In this document: piece by piece, positions 39,132 to 49,600 of the stretch
Numbering within the stretch: position 1 is the first letter of the stretch
Layout: each line of letters opens with the position of its first letter
NCBI GenBank assembly: GCA_965235115.1
Contig: OZ249436.1
Coordinates: 43,092,001-43,156,000, forward strand
Source of the DNA: Laetmonice hystrix
Taxonomy: Eukaryota
DNA length: 64,000 nucleotides
Direction of reading: 5' to 3'
Program-made: the position numbers and the translations under genes
The notes under the pieces: generated by a model
Database searches by the model: none
The model's input: only the letters and a program-made list of their open reading frames with translations
Told to the model about the DNA's origin: nothing

Positions 39132-42100
39132 CTAGATAGCGTGTGGCGATGCCACAAGGGATCCCATCCCCTGGGGGGGGGACGTCATGCAGTTATAGTG
39201 ACGTCTTCGTGGAGCTCGGTGTCAATTAAAAGACTATAATGACTTCCTATTCCTGTTCAGTAGGCCTACTAACCATGGCTTTATCTCCCACCGTTTATGA
39301 GTTATAGGCCTTAGAAAATATTGATGACGTCATTATGATGTCATACGTGTTGCTACATTATTAATCTTGAAGTCAATTGAAAGAGCATATATGACTTCCT
39401 ATTAGTGTTTAATAGTAACTATGGCTCTATCTTCAACCATTTACAAGTTATAGCCCTGAGAAAATATGGATGACATCGTTATGACGTCATAGGTCACGTG
39501 ACCTGAAAAATAATGATGACAAATGAAAGAGCATATATGACTTCCTATTAGTGTTTAATAGTAACTATGGCTCTAACTTCAACCATTTACAAGTTATACC
39601 CCAGAGAAAATATGGATGACATCGTTATGACGTCATAGGTCACGTGACCTAAGAAATAATGATGGCAAATGAAACAGCATATATGACTTCCTATTCGTGT
39701 TCAATAGTAATCAAGGCCCCATCTGGCACCGTTTACAAGTTATAGTCCTGAGAAAATATTGATGACATTATGACGTCATAGATCACGTGACCTAAAGAAC
39801 AATGGTGTCAAATGAAAGAGCATATATGACTTCCTATTCGTGTTCAATAGTAACTATGGCCCTATCTGGCACCGTTTACAAGTTATAGCCCTGAGAAAAT
39901 ATGGATGACATCATTATGACGTCATAGGTCACGTGACCTGAAAAATAACGGTGCCAAATGAAAGAGCATATATGACTTCCTATTCGTGTTCAAGAGTAAC
40001 TATGACGCTAACTTCAACTGTTTACAAGTGATAGCCCTGAGAAAATATGGATGACATCATTATGACGTCATAGGTCACGTGACCTGAAAAATAATGGTGT
40101 CAAGTGAAAGAACATATATGACTTCCTATTAGTGTTTAATATTAACTATGGCTCTATCTTCAACCATTCACAAGTTATAGCCCTGAGAAAATATGGATGA
40201 CATTCTTATGCCATCACAGGTCACGTGACCTAAAATAATAATGGTGCCACATGAAAGAGCATATATGACTTCCTATTCATCTTCAATAGTAGACTAAGTA
40301 TGACTCTAACTTCAACCATTTACAAGTGATGGCCCTGAGAAAACATGGTTGACATCATTATGACGTCATAGGTCACGTGACCTGAAAAACACTAGTGTCA
40401 AGTGAAAGAGCATATATGACTTCCTATTAGTGTTTAATAGTAACTATGGCTCTATCTTCAACCATTTACAAGTTATAGCCCTGAGAAAATATTGATGACA
40501 TCGTTATGATGTCATAGGTCACGTGACCTAAAATAATAATGGTGCCACATGAAAGTGCATATATGACTTCCTATTCATCTTCAATAGTAGACTAAGTATG
40601 ACTCTAACTTCAACCATTTACAAGTGATGGCCCTGAGAAAACATGGTTGACATCATTATGACGTCATAGGTCACGTGACCTGAAAAACACTAGTGTCAAG
40701 TGAAAGAGCATATATGACTTCCTATTAGTGTTTAATAGTAACTATGGCTCTATCTTCAACCATTTACAAGTTATAGCCCTGAGAAAATATTGAAGACATC
40801 GTTATGACGTCATAGGTCACGTGACCTAAAATAATAATGGTGCCACATGAAAGAGCATATATGACTTCCTATTCATCTTCAATAGTAGACTAAGTATGAC
40901 TCTAACTTCAACCATTTACAAGTGATGGCCCTGAGAAAACATGGTTGACATCATTATGACGTCATAGGTCACGTGACCTGAAAAATAATGGTGCAAAATG
41001 AAAGAGCATATATGACTTCCTATTAGTGTTTAATAGTAACTATGGCTCTATCTTCAACCATTTACAAGTTATAGCCCTGAGAAAATATTGATGACATCGT
41101 TATGACGTCATAGGTCACGTGACCTAAAATAATAATGGTGCCACATGAAAGAGCATATATGACTTCCTATTCATCTTCAATACTAGACTAAGTATGACTC
41201 TAACTTCAACCATTTACAAGTGATGGCCCTGAGAAAACATGGTTGACATCATTATGACGTCATAGGTCACGTGACCTGAAAAATAATGGTGCAAAATGAA
41301 AGAGCATATATGACTTCCTATTAGTGTTTAATAGTAACTATGGCTCTATCTTCAACCATTTACAAGTTATAGCCCTGAGAAAATATTGAAGACATCGTTA
41401 TGACGTCATAGGTCACGTGACCTAAAATAATAATGGTGCCACATGAAAGAGCATATATGACTTCCTATTCATCTTCAATAGTAGACTAAGTATGACTCTA
41501 ACTTCAACCATTTACAAGTGATGGCCCTGAGAAAACATGGTTGACATCATTATGACGTCATAGGTCACGTGACCTGAAAAATAATGGTGCAAAATGAAAG
41601 AGCATATATGACTTCCTATTAGTGTTTAATAGTAACTATGGCTCTATCTTCAACCATTTACAAGTTATAGCCCTGAGAAAATATTGATGACATCGTTATG
41701 ACGTCATAGGTCACGTGACCTAAAAAATAATGGTGTCAAATGAAAGAGCATATATGACTTCCTATTCGTGTTCAATAGTAACTATGACCCTATCTGGCAC
41801 CGTTTACAAGTTATAGCCCTGAGAAAATATGGATGATATCGTTATGACGTCATAGGTCACGTGACCTAAAAAATGATGGTGTCAAATGAAAGAGCATATA
41901 TGACTTCCTATTCGTGTTCAATAGTAACTATGACCCTATCTGGCACCGTTAACAAGTTATAGCCCTGAGAAAATATGGATGACATCATTATGACGTCATA
42001 GGTCACGTGACCTGAAAAATAATGGTCCCAAATGAAAGAGCATATATGACTTCCTATTCGTGTTCAATAGTAACTATGGCCCTAACTGGCATTGTTCAGA

Positions 42101-44898
42101 AGTTATAGCTATAGATAGCTAAACTGGCCACTGTTGAAAACTTCAGGGTCACGTGATTCATCGAATATAGGTCAAATCGCTTATCTTTGGATGATTCTAT
42201 TAAAACCCTTGTTAGAGAGTGTTCCTGTCCAATATTATCAAATTTTACCAAAAAATTAAGAAGAAGAAGCGATTTAAGCGATTTGTGACCTAGGACCCAG
42301 TTCTCCCTAAGGTCAAAGGTCAAAGGTCAAATGAAGGGTCAGTTTTAGGCTAGACCCTTGCCTGATCATAACGCCATGATATATCTTGGAAATTCTAAAT
42401 ATGAACTTTGAAAATGGCCCTCAATATCCCAAACACGTTTGACGTCATGACGTCATGACGTGACGTCACGTGACGTCATGACTGATTGTGTGACCTAACT
42501 TTGTCATGGTCAAGATCTCTGCCAAGTTTGATTGAGATATCTTGAAAAATGACTGAGATAGAGGTACTGTTTACAACTACAACTACTACTACTACTACAA
42601 CGCAAAAAACTAGACACGTTGTGGCGATACCACAATTGATCCCATCCCCGGGGAGTCACGTGATATATGACTTCCTATTCCTGTTCAATAGTAACCATGG
42701 CTCAATCTTTCACCGTTTACGAGTTGGAGGCTTAGGAAAATAATGTTAATATCATTATAATCTCATACGTCATGATCCTGCTTTCATGCAGGCTCAGATC
42801 CAGTACCGCAAGAAAGGAGGGGCACCAAAGGTGCAAGGCGAACATGGGCGCGGGGGGGGGGGGACTTGAATTTAGAAAGTCAAAGAACGTTACTTCTGGA
42901 GCTAGATGTGAAGTTTCTCAAAGTATTTCAGGCGCATGTAGGGGTCCGGGGGTTGGACCCCCTCTCCTGCTCCCCCAGAGCATAGATTCATTTTTCCTTA
43001 GATTCAGCGGGACACCATCGAACGAACAGGTGCAAAGCATTCTGCCTATTTTAAACTGGTTGAGTGATGAATAGGCCTACACAAAATATAGTGCACTAAA
43101 TGGGTCCATAAAAGGCTTCTAATTTAAAAAAAAAAACATTTCGGCGACCACCCTGCTGAAAATCCTAGATACGTGGCTGTATTTAGACCTAGCCTAACAA
43201 TAATGTCAATTCTTTAAAAAGAAAGAGTGCAGATACGCCCCTGACATGTCGAAAGGGATCATAGAGATCTACTGCATGGTATATCTACCTATTTTGATAT
43301 ATTAATCATTGTGGAAGGATACATTAAAATCGTAATTATATCTAGAGACTCTGATTGCCAAGCAATACAGGTAGGTCCCATTTCCCGAATGGTTTTCTAT
43401 TATTACCTATATTTTTCTCTCATTTAATTATTGTCCCAACAATAGCGTCATTTCCATTCACATGGAAGTTACTAAGTATTCTTTTGACATTATGAAATAT
43501 TATAGTCCTGATGGATTATATGGATTATACCTGTTACGGGCATCATGACAAATATCACAGACTCAAGAACAATAGGTGCGAATGCCATCCACACCAGGCT
43601 GTTGGCTCACGCTGAAACCAAGTGCAGCTGGCCAAAAGTTTGCCGTGTCTCTTGAACTCCACAGCCAACAATCAGTAGTAGCCTAGTGTTTTATTCAGCT
43701 CTCCTATGTAAGATTTAAAAACAAATGCATTAGACAGTTATATCTACAGTTCAAAGGCACAGCTAATTCAGTTATGTCAGTTCTGAATACACAATCATCC
43801 TCCACCAAACCGACCCTGACTGGGAGGGAGGGGGCGGAGTCACAACCCGCCTGCCGACCCGGCCGCCTGGCCGGCCCTTATCACCAGCGCTTACGTAACC
43901 CTCTGCCGACCCTGGCTCTGGCCTCCCAGCAGGTGATTTGTGTATTCAGAGATGCCACCTGTCAGAGTGTAAAAATATTATAGTGAAGACTATACCCATT
44001 AAAACTTACAATTCTGGCCATATTACCTTTCCAAAACAAGAACTAAACAGTCAGTGGTATACCTGAATCTATACACTTTGTAATTGTTGTATTTGTATAT
44101 GGCTATCTTAAACAGGTTTAAGGTAGAGCCTGTCAACGTCAGATTACATTGTTTCATCATAAATAAAAAAGATATTGGTAAATTTATGAAAAGAAATATG
44201 CAAAGTGACCAATCGTCAATAGCAGCACATATCTAGTGACCAAATACACGATTCCTATATGACTAAAGCAGTTTTAGAAAAAAATGTCAAAAGTGACAAA
44301 CTTCAAAGTCACGTGGTTCGGCGAAAATAGGTCAAATCGCTAATCCTTGGAATCGTATTGTGAACCTTTCGTTAGAGAGTGTTTTTGCCGAATATTGTCG
44401 AATTTTACCAAAAAATAGAGAAGGAGAAGCAATTTAACCGATTTGTGACCAATGACCCAGTTCACCCTAAGGTCAAAGGTCAAAGGTCAAATCAAGACTC
44501 AAATTGAGGCAGCACCTTTGGCCGATGATGAGGGCATGACGGGTTTTTAAAAAAAATTCCCAATATGAGCTTAAAAATGGCTTCAATTTTCATAATACGT
44601 TTGACGTCATCACGTCATGACGTGACGTTACATGACGTCAGGATTCGATGCCTGACCATACTTTGTCATTGTCAAGATGTGTGCCAAATTTCATTTTGAT
44701 ATTTTGAAAATTGACTGAGATAGACATACAAGTTTACTACTACTACTACTACAACTACGACGCCAAAAATAATACAGAAGACGAAACCACACAATTTCTA
44801 AATCCCATCCCCTCCGTAGGGATGGGATAATAATAATAATAGGGAAGACGAAACCACACAATTTCTAGATCCCATCCCCTGGATAGGGGATGGGATAA
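39132..44898 (-). mobile_element. E8: family-B element (body 39132-42609, ~18 repeats; 5' end 44831-44898) hosting E9
   Basis: Body shares diagnostic variants with E5, and its assigned 5' end carries the same TTCTAGATCCC variant as E5. Confidence 0.86.
42610..44830 (-). mobile_element. E9: intact family-C element with ~1.5 kb of non-repetitive internal sequence; innermost insertion
   Basis: 3' end CTAGACACGTTGTGGCGATACCACAATTGATCCCATCCCC on +; diverged core at ~44300-44760; distinct 5' end …ATCCCATCCCCTCCGTAGGGATGGGATAA. Confidence 0.84.
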
Positions 44899-45101
44899 TA
44901 ATAATAATAGGGAAGACGAAACCACACAATTTCTAAATCCCATCCCCTGGATAGGGGATGGGATAAAAATAATAATAATAGGGAAGACGAAACCACACAA
45001 TTTCTAAATCCCATCCCCTGGATAGGGGATGGGATAATAATAATAGGGAAGACGAAACCGTACAATCTGAAGATCCCATCCCCCTGTAGGGGATGGGATA
45101 A

Positions 45102-46593
45102 CTAGATACGTTGTGGAGTACCACAATGGATCCCATCCCCGGGGTGTCCCATGTAACATGTTCTGAATAGGGATAACTATGGTACTATCTTGCACCCGTG
45201 ACGACTTATGAGCCTTAGAAGATGGAAGTTACGTCATTATGACCTTATGCTACGTCATAAATATTGATCTCAATGGACTTCCTATTCATGTTCAAAAATA
45301 ACTATAGGTGTATCTAGCACCGTTTACTAGTTACAGGCTTCTACCAATCCTTAGAAGGGCTCAGTTACGTCATAAGGATGTAATAGATCACACAACAGAA
45401 TAAATCTTGGTGTCAATTGAAAGAACATAATGAGGACTTCCTGTTTATATTCAATACTAACTATGGGTCTAACTCCTACCATTTACAAGTTAAAACCCTG
45501 AGAAAATATCGATGACATCGTTATGTCATGGGTCACGTGACCTAAGAAATAATGATGCCAAACGAAAGAGTATACATGACTTCCTATTCGTGTTCAATAG
45601 TAACTATGGGTCTAACTTCAAGCTTTAACAAGTTATATCCCTTAGAAAATATCGATGACATCTTTACGACGTCACAGGTCACGTGACCTTAAGGATAACG
45701 ATACCAAGTGATAGCAAGTTATAGCCCTCACAAAATATAGGTTCACTGGCTGTGGTAATCAGTACCAGTTCAATCCAGTATTAGCTTGTCAGATGGCGTA
45801 GCACTGGCGATAAGTGTCTTGACTCACATGCTATGGGTCGCCGGTTCAATCCCAGGCCGAGTCACCTATTTTTTTCGACTTCTACCGGAAGGGTCCCGCG
45901 TTCAATCCCAGGCCGAGTCACGTTTCTTTTTCTTTTTGTTTTTTCCCTCTAATTTTTAAAAATGGTCACGTGACCTGAAAAAAAAAATATCATAAAAGAG
46001 CATAATGACTTCTTATCTGTGTTTAATACTAACCAATGCCAAATCTGGCACCGTTTACAAGTTCTAGAAAATTGTCAATTTTTCGAAATTTCAAAGTCAC
46101 GTGATTCAGCGAATATTAGTCAAATCGCTTATCTTTTGATGATTTGAGACAAGCTCATGTTAGAGAGTCCTTCTGCCTAATATTGTCGAATTTCACCAAA
46201 AAATGAAGAAGGAGTAGCGATTTAAGAGATTTGTGACTGAGGACCCAGTTCTCCCAAAGTTCAAGGTCAAATGACAAATGAAGGGTCCATGTTAGACTAG
46301 ACCCTTGCCTGATTAAAACGCCATGATGGGGTTTGGAAATTCCCAATATGAACGTCATGACGTGACGTCATACGTCACGTCACGTGATATGTCACAACTC
46401 ATTGTCTGACCAGTCCTTGTCATGGTCAAGATGTGTGCCAAATTTGATTGAGATATCTTGAAAACTGACTGAGATAGACGCCACTGTTTACTACTACTAC
46501 TACTACTACTACTACTACAACGCAAAGAATAATAATAGGGAAGACGAAACCGTACAATCTGAAGATCCCATCCCCCTGTCGGGGATGGGATAA
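45102..46593 (-). mobile_element. E10: intact family-A element, 1492 bp
   Basis: Both ends present. Provides the uninterrupted reference CGCAAAGAATAATAATAGGGAAG for family A. Confidence 0.9.
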
Positions 46594-46654
46594 TAATAGG
46601 GAAGACGAAACCGTACAATCTGAAGATCCCATCCGCCTGTAGGGGATGGGATAA

Positions 46655-49600
46655 TTACACAGAGATGAACATTGCAGGCAGAAAACACCAGGGTGCAGCG
46701 GTGCTGACTGCACTGCCGCCTTACGGCCAGCAGTGGAATCACCACGTACACCTGGCCGGGCTGGCAGGCACCTGTGGCTCTGAGGCGAGAGACAGGTTAA
46801 AGCAACGATATGCGAAAAATGGCTACATTTTTGATACGTCAAATTGAAACTACTCCCCCAAAATTATTATTCTTAGGCCAGATGTATGACTGTGAAACGT
46901 ATAGGTCTCGTACGTTCGCTACAGATATTTGGTTGTGATGTGTACACTTCCCATTTGAGTATCTTCTCCAGATTTTAACATTAGATGCTCCTCGCCTGTA
47001 CATTTCATTTCCATTACCTCGCTGTAGTGTTTGCATGGCTACTATACACCAGCAGGTAAGATGTATGGACTTCTCACTCTACTGGTTGGCCTCCCACACT
47101 GCTTGGCCCCACAGTGTACTGTTTGGCCTCACTGTACTCTTTGGCCTCATTGTAGTGTTCGCTTGCGTGCCAGGCCAGCCAGTATACCTTGTAGCAATTC
47201 TTCCCTGTACTGTTTGGCCTCCCTGTACCGTTTGCTTGTATTCAAGAGTAGCTAGTAGTATAGGGACGCCTCATGTTTCATGTTTCCATGCCTTTATTGT
47301 CCAGGAGGCAGGCCATACGTTTCGTTTATCATCTACTCCCATCTAACCTGTGTCCCCTACAAACCATCTGTAAGCGTCCAAGAACGTTGTCAGGTCGTCC
47401 CAATGACTGTTTGCCGTAAAGGTTAATTAACAATGGGAAAATTGCGTTGTACGCCTTTTCTATATCAGATATCCTCTCCCCAAGTAACAAACAGACAAAG
47501 AAAGATTACACAGAGATGAACATTGCAGGCAGAAAACACCAGGGTGCAGCGGTGCTGACTGCACTGCCGCCTTACGGTCAGCAGTGGAATCACCACGTAC
47601 ACCTGGCCGGGCTGGCAGGCACCTGTGGCTCTGAGGCGAGAGACAGGTTAAAGCAATGATAAGCGAAAAATGGCTACACTTTTGATACTTCAAATTGATA
47701 CTACGCCCCCAAAATTATTATTCTTAGGCCAGATGTATGACTGTGAAACGTATAGGTCTCGTACGTTCGCTACAGATATTTCGTTGTGATGTGTACACTT
47801 CCCATTTGAGTATCTTCTCCAGATTTTAACATTAGATGCTCCTCACCTGTACCTTTCATTTCCATTACCTCGCTGTAGTGTTTGCATGGCTACTATAGGA
47901 CAGCAGGTAAGATGTAGGGACTTCTCACTCTACTGGTTGGCCTCCCACACTGCTTGGCCCCACAGTGTACTGTTTGGCCTCACTGTACTCTTTGGCCTCA
48001 TTGTAGTGTTCGCTTGCGTGCCAGGCCAGCCAGTATACCTTGTAGCGATTCTTCCCTGTACTGTTTGGCCTCCCTGTACCGTTTGCTTGTATACAAGAGT
48101 AGCTAGTAGTATAGGGACGCCTCATGTTTCATGTTCCCATGCCTTTATTGTCCAGGAGGCAGGCCATACGTTTCGTTTATCATCTACTCCCATCTAACCT
48201 GTGTCCCCTACAGACCATCTGTAAGCGTCCAAGAACGTTGTCAGGTCGTCCCAATGACTGTTTGCCGTAAAGGTTAATTAACAATGGGAAAACTGCGTTG
48301 TACGCCTTTTCTATATCAGATATCCCCTCCCCAAGTAACAAACAGACAAAGAAAGATTACACAGAGATGAACATTGCAGGCAGAAAACACCAGGGTGCAG
48401 CGGTGCTGACTGCACTGCCGCCTTACGGCCAGCGGTGGAATCACCACGTACACCTGGCCGGGCTGGCAGGCACCTGTGGCTCTGAGGCGAGAGACAGGTT
48501 AAAGCAATGATAAGCGAAAAATGGCTACACTTTTGATACGTCAAATTGAAACTACGCCCCCAAAATTATTATTCTTAGGCCAGATGTATGACTGTGAAAC
48601 GTATAGATCTCTTACGTTCGCTACAGATATTTGGTTGTGATGTGTACACTTCCCATTTGAGTATCTTCTCCAGATTTTAACATTAGATGCTCCTCGCCTG
48701 TACCTTTCATTTCCATCACCTCGCTGTAGAGTTTGCATGGCTACTATAGGCCAGCAGGTAAGATGTAGGGACTTCTCACTCTACTGGTTGGCCTCCCACA
48801 CTGCTTGGCCCCACAGTGTACAGTTTGGCCTCACTGTACTCTTTGGCCTTATTGTAGTGTTCGCTTGCGTGCCAGGCCAGCCAGTATACCTTGTAGCGAT
48901 TCTTCCCTGTACTGTTTGGCCTCCCTGTACCGTTTGCTTGTATACAAGAGTAGCTATTAGTATAGGGACGCCTCATGTTTCATGTTTCCATGCCTTTATT
49001 GTCCAGGAGGCAGGCCATACGTTTCGTTTATCATCTACTCCCATCTAACCTGTGTCCCCTACAGACCATCTGTAAGAGTCCAAGAACGTTGTCAGGTCGT
49101 CTCAATAACTGTTTGCCGTAAAGGTTAATTAACAATGGGAAAATTGCGTTGTACGCCTTTTCTATATCAGATATCCCCTCCCCAAGTAACAAACAGACAA
49201 AGAAAGATTACACAGAGATGAACATTGCAGGCAGAAAACACCAGGGTGCAGCGGTGCTGACTGCACTGCCGCCTTACGGCCAGCGGTGGAATCACCACGT
49301 ACACCTGGCGGGGCTGGCAGGCACCTGTGGCTCTGAGGCGAGAGACAGGTTAAAGCAATGATAAGCGAAAAATGGCTACACTTTTGATACGTCAAATTAA
49401 AACTACGCCCCCAAAATTATTATTCTTAGGCCAGATGTATGACTGTGAAACGTATAGGTCTCGTACGTTCGCTACAGATATTTGGTTGTGATGTGTACAC
49501 TTCCCATTTGAGTATCTTCTCCAGATTTTAACATTAGATGCTCCTCGCCTGTACCTTTCATTTCCATTACCTCGCTGTAGAGTTTGCATGGCTACTATAG

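Larger units (their letters stand above)
36382..44966 (-). mobile_element. E7: family-B element (body 36382-39131, ~13 repeats; 5' end 44899-44966) hosting E8-E9
   Basis: B-type 3' end at 36382; B-type 5' end in the stack. Confidence 0.85.
33800..45037 (-). mobile_element. E6: family-B element (body 33800-36381, ~12 repeats; 5' end 44967-45037) hosting E7-E9
   Basis: Broken at CAACGCAAA|, and the matching remainder |AAATAATAATAATAGGGAAG is found at 44967. Confidence 0.86.
30007..45101 (-). mobile_element. E4: family-A element (body 30007-31431; 5' end 45038-45101) hosting E5-E9
   Basis: Body near-identical to E1/E10. A-type 5' end (GAAACCGTACAATCTGAAGATCCC) recovered at 45038-45101. Confidence 0.86.
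24559..46654 (-). mobile_element. E1: family-A non-autonomous Helentron/HINE-like element, outermost host (own sequence 24559-25986, 30004-30006, 46594-46654)
   Basis: On minus: 5' TTATCCCATCCCC hairpin, (TAG)n microsatellite, conserved core, diverged ~146-bp repeats, subterminal GGGGATGGGAT, hairpin TTGTGGTACTCCACAA, 3' CTAG. Inserted in the satellite at A|T without TSD. Confidence 0.88.

Noticed and set aside
44761..45101. CRISPR-like or simple minisatellite array of hairpin repeats
   Set aside because: No unique spacers, no cas genes, eukaryotic context; the units are explained as displaced element 5' ends.
25615..46618. 67-75-aa minus-strand ORFs (MTFDLRENWV…, MTFILGISK…) as element-encoded proteins
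   Set aside because: Short, with no Rep/helicase motifs; start and frame are not conserved between families A, B and C.
24559..46654. Simple head-to-tail tandem (rolling-circle concatemer) or segmental duplication of elements
   Set aside because: Most bodies lack an adjacent 5' end, and the missing ends reappear later in reverse order with base-exact complementary junctions. That pattern requires nesting. Only E5/E6 and E4/E10 abut directly.
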